Below are positions 11,528 to 25,229 of a DNA stretch of 64,000 bases, piece after piece. Numbering within the stretch: position 1 is the first letter of the stretch; every line of letters starts with the position of its first letter. The stretch lies in the NCBI GenBank assembly GCA_024137785.1, contig JAHRHZ010000250.1, positions 1,346,515 to 1,410,514 on the forward strand. The letters are read 5' to 3'. Position numbers and translations under genes: made by a program. Origin of the DNA: Ginglymostoma cirratum. Its lineage: Eukaryota. The notes under the pieces are model-generated. The model made no database searches and was not told where the DNA came from. It saw only the letters and a program-made list of their open reading frames with translations.

Positions 11528-14349
11528 GTGAGGAGCCTTCTTAATGGAGAATAAGAACCTCGCGGCTTTGATTTGGCTGTGTGGCAATATTGGAAATTAT
11601 TATGTATCTTGAAATTCTTCAAGTAGGAATAATAACCTAACGCATTATTCACATGATTTCTGCATTATTTCCTGTTCTTGTTGAAAGTAATCTCTGGTGG
11701 TATCGTATCTTGTAATATATATATGCTTTTCTCTGCAACAGGATTGCAGTATTACATTGTACAGCTGATTAAAATTGGGTTCAGGTAGCCTTGGCTACCT
11801 GTCAGGACTTTCAAAATCTATTGGAGTTCCTTTGAATCTATGGAAATGGTCGACTTTTCACATATTGAATAGTGGAGTGTAACTACCTATGACGAACTGT
11901 TTGCAGACACGAAGTCATGCAGCTGCAGAACACGTTCTTCGACAATGGAGTAGCAATTGCACACATATCCAGAAAACAGTTTGGCTAGTCATCAGTTCTT
12001 GCAGTGTCAGCTGTTTAGATCTCAGGAACTAATATCAGCATTTTCCTGACTGACTGGTTATTCTAAATTGATATAAGTTCATGTAAGCTTGGGAAATAGT
12101 GAACTTAGGTCAACTTAGCTTTCTTTTTTTCAGATTTGTTCCCATTGAACTGTTTTAGTGCCCACATTGTATGGATACTGCACATGTTCGAACTTAAATC
12201 TAAATCCGGTAGAAAAATGGCCTGTTCACGTGTTTTACCCGTTGAACAAACCTCCTTAGTTCGATTATTCTGGTGATGAGCCTCGGGTCAATAAGAATAG
12301 TTTGTAACTCCAGTCATTAGATCATATTGTGCTTCAAAAGTAAGAATATATCTCCTATTTTATCAGGCATTAAACAGCAAAAAGGAAATGGAAATTTCAT
12401 AGAGTTATCCTCAATAGAAGCGAATCTCCTGTATTGGAGCAGAAAAGGTAATGATGGAATGCAATACACGAGGCATATGTTTGGACCTCGAAATTTGACT
12501 TCCATATTCTAATACTACAATCCAACTTTGCATAACTAAAATTAAGCTATTGATGAGGAGAAGAATTTTCAGGTTTCATTTAATCCTGCATGTTCCCCCG
12601 AGATTCTATCACCACTGCAGCTGGAAACAGGTATTAATGAGTCTCCATGTTCAAAAACGAAGCAAGTGACTACAATGGTAACGAATCCCAGTTCATGTAT
12701 CAACCAAAACATTCCCCAATTCAGTAAATTGCAGAAATAATACACCTAGTGCACAAAAATGCTAATATAACATGAGCAATGGCAGACTGCACCACGAAAT
12801 ATAATAGAATTGTAATAATTGTCTATGTGATCGAAAATAATTAGACATCTTTAATTAGATTTGCAATGGGCATTTGATAACATTGCAGAAGTGAAATTGG
12901 CTCTGGATTTTAAGAATTATGAAACTGTTTGTGGACAATCTAGGGGAAATGTCAAGTACTTTGTAACCAGAGGACTTTGATGGTATTCCCACTGCACAAG
13001 ACATTCTGATCAACTAGGGAACTAGTAATCTAAGAGGGCCTGATTTAACTTAATTGCAACCACAATGGACATGGCAAAAGCTTTGAAATCATCACCTTAT
13101 TGTGAAAACCTGTCCAAACTCTTACGCCCTTTGAGGGAAATGTACAGTACTTGCACTTGTGACTTATATGCTCATAATTCCTAATAAAGTGCTTTCATTT
13201 CATCGTTTATAATGTGTAAAACTTCTGATTCCTTTCATATTAAACAGAGATTAGGGAACTTAGTGGGTCGTACGACAGATCCCAGCATTTCACAATTATT
13301 CTCAATCATACGCACAAATAATAGGCTTGTGATTACTTTCCCCAGTGATGCAGATGTGTGTCAGTAGAGAGTGAGATGAAAGAAAAATAGTTATTTCCGA
13401 AGTGATACTTGACAATTTAAAAACTCCTTGAAGTCCTGAAAAGATAGTTGATCTGGATAAGAATACTTGACTATGGGTATTGTCAGTTATAAAGTGTATA
13501 AAATAAGTGGGAAAGATAATAAACCAAATGGAGAAAATATTCATTCAATTCTAAAGATGTCAGAATATAGCAAACTCAACACATATGTGTAAATGGAAGA
13601 GAACAGTTTCAACAAATGTCAAGTTGATATATGGCATTATGCAAACTATTTCATGCCCATTTCTTTTATTTCCGCTAAATCTATCGTTTCTGCCTTGGAA
13701 TTTGTAAGGTAAATCTGATTATTTTAGGCCTTCGTAATTAATCGTTTTGCATAACTGTAGCGGCAACAAATTTGGTCTAGTTTATAACCTACGAAAAAGG
13801 TTCACGCATGTGTATCCTTAAAACATTAAGTCCATTTGTTGACTTTGAAAATGGCAGACTATTTATCTTGGACAAAAGTGAAAGGTAGGGGGATTGAGGG
13901 CTGGTTGTGTGCTTCCCTTCAATGTTCATGCACTGCTCGCAATTGGTTAATTTTGTGAAGATTAATCGGTTTGTGGAGCAGAGAAACGAGTTGCAGGTTA
14001 ATTTATAATCTAACAAGATGGTTAGCTGGATGTCTGGAAAAGAAAATAAGACTTATGGAAATTTCAATATTTCAATTTCCATTACTTGATTGCCTAGCAG
14101 AACGATACAAAATTAGTTTTGCTTTGATGAGCATGAACTAGTTGGTAAGGGAAGTCAGAACCCACCTTTTGTACATGGATTATGACTTGACCGCTATTAT
14201 TGGCACAAAGAATAATCTGAATTATTTTTGCCCTTATCTGTCAAATATTCAACAATCTTGACACAACTTATTTCTGGGAATTCTATTCCAACGCTTTTTG
14301 CAGCACAGAGTGCAATCCTGTGTAGAATATAAAATCATTGTGCAATTTT

Positions 14350-14590
14350 GAGTTGTGCAATAGTAAATCAAAGTCTTGGCGCTCATTTTAGACGTTGCAG
14401 CTTTAAGAAATGAATGGCATTTGGTTGGTCGAATTTCAATGAGCTGGCATTCACCAATCAGAACCTAAGTTGGGAATGGAGATCTGGACAGCCCCCTTCC
14501 GTACCCAGACAACTTCACGTCCGATCAGACGCAGAATAAAATTGAATAGCGCACAGCTCGGCAGGAATTGTTCACGAATCCACTGATAAT
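14350..14590 (+). promoter_or_regulatory. cPcdh promoter cassette (unit 3)
   Basis: TTCACCAATCAG with CCAAT at 14454, 301 bp upstream of ATG; core TACCCAGACAACTTCACGTCCGATCAGACGCAG. Confidence 0.8.
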
Positions 14591-14754
14591 TTTGGACAAA
14601 AAAAAGGATTTAGATAAAATTATCCAAGTGATTTAAGAAACATTCAGGTATTTGTTGCATTGCAGTTGATTCGAATTTAAAGCAAACTGATAATTCATGT
14701 ATATTTTCATGGTGCGGACATATTGTGAAACAACGGGAATGTTGTACAGTGGAA

Positions 14755-17223
14755 ATGAGATGTAAAATATTTTGGTTTCTAACATGCCAGTTGTTCTACT
14801 GTGTATTCTCCTCGCGGAATCTAGTGTTTGGGCAAATTCGTTACTCGATTCCAGAAGAACTGCAACTCGGCGCCTTTGTTGGGAATATCGCCGAGGATTT
14901 GGGTTTAGGTATAAAGCAGCTCTCGGCTCGTAGTTTTCGAATTGTGCCCGGTCCTAGGAAACAATACGTGGACATAGGCATGGACGCTGGGATATTATTT
15001 GTGAAGGAAAAAATTGACAGGGAAGAGATTTGTGGGCCAGGCTTGAGTTGCGTTTTATCCATGAGCGGTTTACTTCAAAACCCCTTAAAGCTGTACCCGA
15101 TTGAAGTGGAGATTCTCGATGTAAATGACAACACTCCCAGTTTCCCAAAGAGACAATTCCACCTTGAAATTTCAGAGCTTTCTTCGACGGGAACGCGCTT
15201 TCCACTCGAGTCAGCGCATGACGCGGACGTTGGAACCAACTCTGTACAATCCTACGACCTTCTTTCTAACAATCATTTTGTTCTCGATGTGCAGCTGCGC
15301 GATGAAGTAGAAAAATTACCAGTGCTGGTGCTGCAGAGTTCTTTGGATAGAGAAAAAGAATCTACTCACAGTTTAATACTGATAGCCAAGGACGGTGGTG
15401 CCCCTGTCAGATCGGGCACGGTTCAGGTTATAATCATTGTAAAGGATGCAAACGACAACACCCCTGCCTGCTTACAGTCAATTTATCGAGTCAGTATATT
15501 AGAAAATACAACCACGGGAACGCAGGTAATCGCATTAAATGCTACTGACCCGGACGATGGCCACAATGGAGAGATAACTTACTCGATCAGTAGCCACAGT
15601 ACCTTTGGAGTTCGGGATGTATTTAGCGTGGATTCAAAAACTGGTGAAATTAGAGTGAAAGGAAAATTGGACTATGAAGAAAACAAAGCATTTGGTATCA
15701 ATGTTCAAGTAACAGATGGGGCTCCGGACGCTATGTCGGGGCACTGTGAAGTGTTGGTGAACATTCTCGATGTGAATGATAACCCACCTGACATGACGTT
15801 GACGTCTTTGTCTGGCGCAATTTCAGAAGATGCTCCTATTGGGACTGTAGTCGCTCTGTTCAGCGCTGCAGACAAAGATTCAGGGAGAAACGGGCAAGTA
15901 CAATGCCATGTTTCAAACAAATTACCCTTTAGAATAGATTCTTCTTTGAAGAATTATTATGGATTGCTCGTTCAACATCCACTGGATCGTGAAAACAGAT
16001 CCAACTATGACGTTACAATAACATGCATGGATGCAGGACATCCACCTCTCACGTCCAGGAAAACCATCCGGGTAGAGATTTCCGACATAAATGACAACCC
16101 GCCGAGGTTTTCGCAGCATTTGTACACCGCAATTGTCATGGAGAACAATGCTATTGGCGCGTCTATTTTTTCCATCACAGCCTTTGACCCAGATGCGGAA
16201 ATGAACACGCAACTGAAATACTCTATCCTGGAGACTCGGGTTCTGAACGCCTCGGTAGCCACTTACGTCTCTATTAACTCGGAGACTGGCGTCATATACG
16301 CGCAGAGATCTTTTGATTACGAGAAATTGAAAAACTTTCAGGTTCAAGCTCAGGTCATGGACTCTGGGACACCACCACTCGCAAGTAATGTTTCCGTGAA
16401 TATTATTATCCTCGATCAGAATGACAATGTTCCAGTCATTGTGCAACCATTAGCCGAGTTTGGATCAGCAGCAGTCGAGACAATATCCAGGTTTGCTGAA
16501 CCAGGCTACTTGGTTGCTAAGGTATCGGCCACGGACGCTGATGCCGGTCAGAACGCTCGACTCTCTTACACCATTTTTCAGGCTAACCAGCATGGCCTCT
16601 TTACGATTTCACCAGACACTGGGGAGATTTGGACTATCCGTCCGATCGTTAATAAAGATGCCTCTAAGCAAAGGTTGGTGATTGTAGTAAAAGATAACGG
16701 AAAACCATCGCTTTCTGCCTCAGTGACCATCAACTTATCTGTGATTGGTGGTGACACTGACCCATTCTCCAGTATCAGTGGTTCGCCTGAAATACCTAGT
16801 TTCCATCAAGATCTGAGCCTTTCCTTAGTCATCGCGTTAGGAGTAATTTCTATCATTTTTCTTGTGATTTTAATAATCCTTGCTGTGAAGGTTCATAAAA
16901 GCAGAAATGCTTTGGGTAGTCAACACTGTTCCCTGGGGTCGTGTTGTTGCCTTGAAAGCAGACATTCTCTGAATGGAATTCAAACGGCCAGTAGAAACCT
17001 CCAAATACCCCCGAACTATGTTGAGGTATTCGGAGGTGACCCACTTTCTCAGCGCTTCCGCTATGAGTCATGCTCAACATTACAGTCAACAAAGAGGGAA
17101 TTCAGAACAAGCAACACATGCAGGGGATCTCCAGACAAACACTTGGTCGGGAATTATTTTATCAGGAAAGAAAGTACAGCACTCATTAAGCTTGAAAATT
17201 ACAGCAACTCTGTAAACAACGAG
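14755..17223 (+). CDS. Clustered protocadherin variable exon (unit 3), 823 codons
   Basis: Signal peptide then QIRYSIPEE, EC1 C-x5-C motif, six repeats with DRE/DxNDNxP motifs, TM, cytoplasmic segment; phase-0 donor GAG|GTGAGG. Confidence 0.95.
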
Positions 17224-18779
17224 GTGAGGGAAATTTTATATTTAAAAAGTAGATTATGTTTATCACAGAGTTGATCTGTGTATATATTTATTTGGGGTAG
17301 ATTGACCGCAACATAATTAATTGGATGAAAATAGTGGCTTAAATGAATCACACATTGTTCTCTGCTTTCTGTATCCTTTCTTTGTTATGGCATCTTGCAT
17401 GATATGTTTTAATTCCCTTGTGTTCCTTGTTATTAAACATATTTACCATTCGATATTAAAACATGTTGAGGAATCTGATGCTTCCCTTGACAATTTCCAA
17501 AACTACCAGAGTCTACTTACATGTTTAGGAATTTTTGACAGTCCCTCGTCCACTTCAAACATTTAATTGCTGTGTCTTGCTAAGAATCTATGTTTCCACA
17601 AATTACCAGAAGCAGTTTTGCGAACTTGTTCATTTTGATCAGGAGAATAGAACTGGGATATATCATTTAAATGAAAAAATATTGTACATCCAGAAGTACA
17701 GAAAGATCTTGGTGTCTTTGTATGATGACCCATTAGAAAAGTTACCTTACTTGATCCCTATTACTCCTAGGATTGTCAAAAAAAATGAAAGATTTAATCA
17801 AATTGCTCTAATATCTCAATATACCTGTCTGCTGGACCCAAATTAACAGAAAAGTCTGAGACCAGGTTCCTCTACTTAACAAGGTATCATATTTACTACA
17901 AATAAATTAATTCAAATATCAGCCAAATGAAATATGAATTATTATCAACCTATAACTCTGATAACTTAAAAACTTCAACTTGGTATGAAAAATTGGCACC
18001 CGATGCAGACAGACGCAGGAAAACAATCAAACGCACATCTTGTGGATGCAAAAAAGATGTAGCAGGGGAATCCAATTCAATGGCACCAGTCCACTAGATT
18101 CGATTAGATGTTCATTTGCTTCCTCGAATTCCGTCTGATCTCTGATCTTATTTCTGGTCCTTTCAGTTATTTCCTGCAGACACAAGATAATTGATACACT
18201 ACTGTTAAGTCTGTTGGTCACTGGTTAGAGGCAGAGCGTTACAACAAATAGTGGAAGAGTACAGCTAGCTATTTTTCAATATTTTCTTGCTTCACTGAAT
18301 AGAGACAGAAAGAAAGAGAGAGAGAATCACCAATTTTTGTTGTCTGGAGTTTTCTGCCTCTGTATGATTCACGCAGAGACTGTCCACGAGCCAGTCAAAG
18401 AGTTATCGCTATGCTGATGGTTTGGTATAAATTGAAAATAACACTCAATAAGACGTTTCCGAAGCAAAACCTGCACTGGAGATACACCCATAATGCTGAG
18501 ACTCAAACATTTTCCCCTCGAGTGGGGAGCAGCTCACACTGAGTTTCATCAATTTGCTTTTAAAAGTGCAACCTTTCGTCCTATAGTCCTTGATTTACAA
18601 CAGCATCCAATTCTCATTTTTGACCAAATCCAATTTTAAGAAAACATGAAGATTAACAGTTTTCACTTGAATATAAAACATCAAGTGATTGCGTTCAGAT
18701 ACAGAAAGTGATTTGGAAGGAAAACTGAGGGCTATAATTTATACAAAGTGAATGCAGCATCAAAGTGAATTTGCTTTGC

Positions 18780-19270
18780 TGTATTTGTACAGGTCGTTAA
18801 TGAAGCATGGAATTATTGTATATACTTCTTTGTTGCTTGTCGAAAAGGGAAAAAAGTGCATTTGGAGCAGCTCATAGAATGTTCATTGAACTGATACCAG
18901 GAATAATGGCAGCTGGAGGAATGAGGCAGGGATGGGGGGAGGGAAGAAATTATTTCATGATGAAAACTTGCACAGGTTGGGCATTTATTGATTGGATCCA
19001 AGAAAAAAAAATGCAACCTCATTGAAACATGCAAGATTCTGAGGGGACGAGATCGTGTGGATGTTGAATGGATGTTTGCCCTTAAGGGTGAGACACGAAC
19101 TGCGGACACAGTTTAAAATTAGTGAGTCACTCCTCTAAGATAAAGATGACGACAAATTTGTGTTATTGGGGTATGTTGGAATGAGGAGTTGATACCACAA
19201 TAAGATCTTGTGGAATAGCAAAGGACAATCACGAGGTTGAGTGGTCTACACCTGCTCCCAATTTCATGTT
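18780..19270 (+). mobile_element. CR1-type LINE 3' fragment, decayed
   Basis: Similar to other CR1 3' ends in the window (e.g. 32150-32750). Confidence 0.6.
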
Positions 19271-19559
19271 CCAATTATGAGCACAAAAAATAAGAAAAAC
19301 TTGAGTTAAATACATCAAAAACAGATAGCATTGAGCAAGATGAAAGAAGTAGTTATGTAGCAAATTAATAATGAAGGAGTATCCAGAAATTAGTGAGTTA
19401 AAATTCAAAACTCAAAGGATATAAAAGGTATTATATTCTATTAATCAAATTTGTTCTGTGCGAGGTAAGATGTATGAAATGCCCTGCTGAAAAATAATGG
19501 TAATTATAAACCTTCGTCATTAGATGTTTTCAAAGAGCCGAAGGAACTAGATATGTGAT

Positions 19560-21130
19560 AAAAACCGAAAGAACTGTAGATGATGTAAATCAGGAACAAA
19601 AACAAAGTTGCTGGAAACGTTCAGCAGGTCTAGCAGCATCTGTGAAGGAAAAAACAGAGTTAACGTTTCGGGTCCGGTGACCCTTCCTCAGAACTGATGG
19701 TGGCTGGGGAAACGTCAATCTATATGCAGAAAATAGGGAGGTGGGTGGGGTTAGGAATAAACGATAGGATAGAGCCCAAGGAGAGAAAAAGACAGTTGGA
19801 CAGACAAAGGAGTTACTAACAATTAGGCTGGGAGGGTGAATAGTTGTTGATGGGGATTGTTAGTGACTAACAACATGGGGTGTGTAATGGCAGGCTATGT
19901 GGTAACAACGCCTGGTGTGTGGAGTCGGGGGCTGGAACATGGGAGTGTTTGGGCCCTAAAATTTTTGAACTCAGTATTGAGTCCAGAGGGCTGTCGGGTC
20001 CCCAAGTGGAAAATGAGATGTTGTTTCTCCAGCTTGCATTGGGCTTCGCTGGAATGTTGCAGCAAACCAGGGACAGAGATGTTAGCCAGAGAGCAGCATG
20101 GTGCGTTAAAGTGGCAGGCACAGGTAGTTCAGGGTCTTTTTTGCGAGCAGAACGGTGATATTCTGCAAAGTGGTCGCCAACTCAATGCTTCGTTTCCCCG
20201 ATGTATAGGAAACCACATTGTGAGCAGCGAATGCATTAGACTAGATTCTGGGAAGTGCAGGTGAAGTGTTGCTTCACCTGGAAGGTATGTTGGGCCCTTG
20301 GATCCTGGGGAGGTAAGAGTTAAATGGGCAGGTGTTGCACCATTGCCGTTTACAGAAGAAGGTGCCGTGGGGCTGGTGGGCAGATGCTGGGAGTGAAGCA
20401 ATGTGGATCAGGGTGTCCCGGATGAATGGTCCAAGTGGAAGGCAGACAAGGGAGAGGACGGGAATATGTGTGTGGTGGTGGCTTCTCGCTGGTTGTGGTG
20501 GAAATCGCGTCTGATGATCTTCTGGATGTGGATGCTGGTGAGATGATAGGTGAGGATAAGGGGAACCCTATCGCTGTTGCGGGAGGGTAGAGAAGGCGTG
20601 AAGGCGGAAGTGCGGAAGACGAGTCAGACCTGATTGAGGGGCCTGTCGACAATAGAACTGGGAATCCTCGGTTGAGGAAGAAGGTGGACATTTCGAAGGC
20701 TCCATTGCTGAAGTTGGCCTCATCTGAACATATGCGACGGAGACAGAGGAACTGAGATAATGGAATGGAGCCTTTACAGTAAGTGGGGTGTGAAGATGTA
20801 TAGTCTAGGTATCTGTGGGAGTCAGTGGGTTCGTAGTGGAAATATTCAGAAGTTAGTCACTAACAGTCCGCATTAACAACTATTCACCCTCCCAGTCCGA
20901 TCATTTGCAACTCCTTTGTCTGTCCAACTGTCTTTCTCTCTCTTTAGGCTCTATCCTATCGTTACACTCCCTACCCCACCTACTTCCCTATTTTCTGCAT
21001 ATAAACTGACGTTTTCCCAGCCAACAACAGTTCTGTGGAAGGGTCACCGGACCCGAAACTTTAACTCTGTTTTTTTTCCCCTCACAGATTCTGCCAGATC
21101 TGCTGAGCTTTTCCAGCAACTTTGTTTTTG
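19560..21130 (-). mobile_element. Penelope-like element with ~275 bp inverted terminal arms
   Basis: Frameshifted RT C-terminal/GIY-YIG remnants on minus (MSTFFLNRGFP; EQHLIFHLGT-like); 19597-19871 is the reverse complement of 20852-21130. Confidence 0.8.
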
Positions 21131-21249
21131 AACTGATATCTGGTTCGTCTCAAAAACGAGGGATGAAAATTCTGCGTATGAACTTCTTCAGAATATTGAG
21201 CACTACAGAATAAGTTGAAAACTACAAATTTCCGCCTAAGTGATGAGTC

Positions 21250-21375
21250 TGAGATGAGTCTGGGGATTTGGAAAGCCCCCTTCCCTACCTAGACGCCAGC
21301 TCGTCCGAACTGACGCAGAGTAAAATTGGATAGCGAGCAGCTCGGCCGGAATTCTTCGCGAATCCCGCTGAAAAT
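21250..21375 (+). promoter_or_regulatory. Truncated cPcdh promoter cassette (unit 4)
   Basis: Core TACCTAGACGCCAGCTCGTCCGAACTGACGCAGAGTAAAATTGGATAGCGAGCAGCTCGG present; upstream CCAAT half not recognisable. Confidence 0.7.
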
Positions 21376-21544
21376 TTTCCACAAATTTGAAGATTTAACT
21401 GAAACTTTCTCAGCAATTATCGGCGTATATAAGCATTTACTACATCGCAGTTGCTCCAGTATTTAAAATATATTGATCTAACTGGAAAACGAGTAGTTTA
21501 TGTTGCGTACAGATTCTGAAAAGACGGGCATGTTTGACACTGGA

Positions 21545-24482
21545 AAAGAGGCATTAAATTATATAGGCTGCTAAAATGTTCCTTATGCTACTGTATATTC
21601 TTCTCGTACAATCTACTGTTTGGGGAGATTCGTTACAGTATTGCTGAAGAACTGCAGACGGGCTCCTTTGTTCGAAATATCGCAGATGATGTAGTTTTTG
21701 ACGCAAAGCGGATCTCGGATGGTAGTTTTCAAATTGTACAGGACAGCAGGAAACAACATGTGGATTCATTTGGACACGGGCATTTTATTTGTGAAGGGCA
21801 AAAATTGACAGAAAAATGATTTGAGGCCCAAGCTTCAACTGTATTTTATCCTTGGGAGGTTGGCTTGAAAAGCCCTTAAAGCTGCTGAGATTGGTTGGCT
21901 CGCCGAGCTGGTTTGTTGACGTTTCGTTACCGTGCTTGGTAATATCCTCAGTGCAGCCTCTGATGAAGCGTCGGTGTGTTTTCCCGCTGGTTTTTCAACT
22001 CTGGGGTCCGTTGCGATGGATTGCCTCACTTCCGGGTTTCCTCAGTAGTGGAATGTATATGGGGTCGAGTTCAATGTGTTTATTAATAACATGCTTCGTG
22101 GAGTGCCATGCTTCCAGGAATTCTCGTGCTTGTCTCTGCCTAGCCTGTCCCAGGATCTTGGTGTAGTCCCAGTCGAAGTCGTGGTTCTCCTTGTCCATGT
22201 GTTAAAAACCAGGTGGAAAAACACACCGACGCTTCATCAGAGGCTGCACTGAGGATGTTACCAAGCACAGTAACGAAACATCTGCGGAACAACAAACCAG
22301 CTCGGCGAGCCAACCAACCTCAACACCCACAACCCGAGCTGCAGATCTACTCCAAAACCCTTGAAGCTCTACGAGGTTAGAGTGGCGATTCTCGACGTGA
22401 ATGACAATGCTCCCAGTTTTGAAGAGAAAGAATTTCGCCTTGAAATGTCCGAGCGCTCCAGGCTGGAAACGTGCTTCATCTTCGAGTCCGCGCAAGATTC
22501 CGAAGTTGGAACTAACTCCGTCCAAACCTCTGGGCTACTTCCCAATGACTATTTTATTCTCGATGTATAAATGCGCAATGGCAAAGAGAAATTGCCTGTT
22601 TTTGGTGTTGCAGAGTTTCTTGGATAGAGAAACCGAACAACAGGCAAACGCTGAAGGCCAAGGGTGGGGGGTTCCCGAAAGATCGAACACCGTACAGATC
22701 TCTATTAACGTAAAAGAGGCAAACGACTACGCCCCTGTCTTCCCCCAGTCAGTTTATAGAATCAGCCTGTTGGAGAGTACAACGACAGGAACACAGGTAA
22801 TCATTTTGAACGCCACTGACTTGGACGATGGTCCCAATAAAGAGATAACTTCGATCAAGGGTCACACTTCAGCTAAAGCTCGGGAACTGTTTGGCGTGGA
22901 TTCCAAAACTGGTGAAATCAAAATGAAAGGCAAGTTAGACTATGAAGAAAACAACGCCATTGAAAGTGACATACACGCAACAGACGCAGGACCTTACACT
23001 GTACCGGCGTACTGCGATGTTCTGCTGAATATTGTTGACGTGAATGATGATCTCCCTGAGGTGAAGTTGATGTCTTTGTCTCGCACAGTTTCAGAAGATG
23101 CTCAGGTTGAGACTCTAGTCGCTCTGTTCAATGCAACCGATAACGATTCGGGCAGATACAAGAAGGTACAGTGTCAAATTTTAAATGAGTTACCTTTTAA
23201 GTTAGATTCGTCTTTGGAGGATTATTGTGGAATACTTGTTCAAATTCCACAGGATCCGGAAAATGTGCCCAAGTATGACGTTACTATAGCAGCACTGATG
23301 AGGGAAATCCTCCTCTTACATCCGAGAAATCCATTTGGGTAGAGATTTTCGATATAGGTGACAATACACCACGGTTTACGCAGTCTTTAAACACCGCAAA
23401 CGTCATGGAGAGCAATATTATTGGCGCTTCTATATTTTGCATGACAGCCTTTGATACAGATGTGGAATTGAACGCTCGACTGAAATATTCAATCGTGGAG
23501 CTTCGAGGTCAGAACTCTTCGGTATCCAATTACGTTTCTGTTAACTCGGAGACTGGTGTCATATTCGCTAGGAGATATTTTGACTCCGATAAACTGAAAA
23601 ACTTTCAAATCTCATCTCGGGTCATGGACTCTGGGATACCACCAATTGTGAGTAATGTTTCATTAAAAGTCATTATTCCTGATCAGAATAACAATGTTCT
23701 CGTCAGTGTGCAGTCATTAGCCGAGTTTTGGGCAACAGCGGCAGAGACAATACACAGATTTGCAGTACCAGGCTAGTTGGTTGACAAGGTATCCGTCACT
23801 GACGCTGACGCCTGTCAGAACGCTTGTGTTTCTTATTCGATTTTTCAGACCACCCAGCATAATTTTTTTTACTATTTCATCAGAAACTGGGGAAATCGGA
23901 CAATCCGTCGTTTTGCGAATAAGATATTTCTAAACAAAAGACTATTGATTCTGGTGAAAGATAATGGAATGCCATTACTTTCTGCCTCGGTAACCATCAT
24001 CTTATCTGTGGCTAGCGATGACACTGAAACATTCTCCAGTGTCAGTGGCTCGCCTGAAGATCCCCGATTCACTCTGTATCTGAGCTTTTCCTTGGTCATC
24101 GCATTCGGAACAAATTCTATCATTTTTCTTGTTGTTTTAATAATCGTCACTGCGAAGGTTCATAAAAGCAGGAATGCTTTGGACGGTCAGTACCGTTCCT
24201 TGGGAGGGTGTTGTTGCGTTAAAACAAGGCATGCTCTGAATGGAATTCAAAATACCAGTAGAAACCTCCAGATACCCCAGACTATGTTGAGGTATTCGGG
24301 AGAAATCCCTTTCGTCGGTTATGAGTCATACTTTAACATTTCAGCCAACCAAGAGTGACTTCAAAACTCACAATGCCTTGCAGTTATCGACAGACATGAA
24401 TTATGTGCAGAACGATGCTAGTGGGAAATAAACCATGAGAATTATTAATTCTGAATGTGACAGTAACTCTGTTATCTAAGAG
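21545..24482 (+). pseudogene. Decayed cPcdh variable exon (unit 4)
   Basis: Start codon lost (GGAAAAGAG); multiple frameshifts and stops (ORF pieces 22361, 22401, 23405, 23777); insertion in EC1; donor GAG|GTGAGG at 24482/24483. Confidence 0.92.
21884..22353 (-). mobile_element. Penelope-like insertion with inverted arms in pseudo-exon 4
   Basis: ORF 21995-22198(-) HDFDWDYTKILGQ...AREFLEAWHS...INKH (GIY-YIG C-terminal part); arms 21886-21999 and 22201-22322; flanked by AAAAGCCCTTAAAGCT / AAAACCCTTGAAGCT. Confidence 0.8.
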
Positions 24483-25229
24483 GTGAGGAGCTTTCAAAAA
24501 GATGAAATGATTACACATGCGATCTGCTGGTAAGGATAGATTTGTACAAAATAAGTGGGTGTTGAGAGAAACAGAATAGAAATAATAGCTTTAATTCGTT
24601 ACTAACACCTCTCTACCCCCATCTAGTTCTTGCTAATTACAGTGACCTGTAATGGTATTATGTAGGATGCATTTACATTTCCTGGAAATTGGTGATTTGA
24701 GTTTACGTTTTGGTTTGGAATTCCTGTTTTTTGTTGACATTTACTGAACCCACAGATTTGATTTGAATCAGCCAGAATTTTTGATTTCGTCTCAAACTAA
24801 ACATTTAATTGGACTAGCCTATGGAGAATTCTGTGCAGCCACATATCAGAGCATGAATGGAACATGTTCCTGGACACTGGAAAGCAATCATATACAGGTT
24901 CTGTAAACCATTTTGATAGTTCCTATTTGTTACCGTCTCAGCTTTGATATTCTGAATAATTAATGTCAGCATGTCCCTAACAGTCCTATCATTGTAAATT
25001 TATTACATAATCCTGCATGATCAGGATTTACTTAAACTGGAGAAAAACCTAAGTCCATTCAATTTTTCAAAAAATCATTTTGTATCCTTTCTAAGAAAGC
25101 AGGGTCAAGGTTTTTGATTCTTATGACGGAAATTTAAATAACAGCAAAGAAAACCGGGGCAGCAGTTGGTGAAGAAGGCAAATTGTTGGTCTTATGGCAC
25201 AAAAATGCAAGTACAAGAACTGGAAAAAG

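Noticed and set aside
14725-17274. ORF-track boundaries for Pcdh ORFs (also 45008-47557, 54992-57598, 28726-31203, 36343-38823)
   Set aside because: GTG/TTG starts are not credible in a vertebrate; homologous ATG is downstream, and the C-terminal tails after the conserved AG|GT are non-conserved intron read-through
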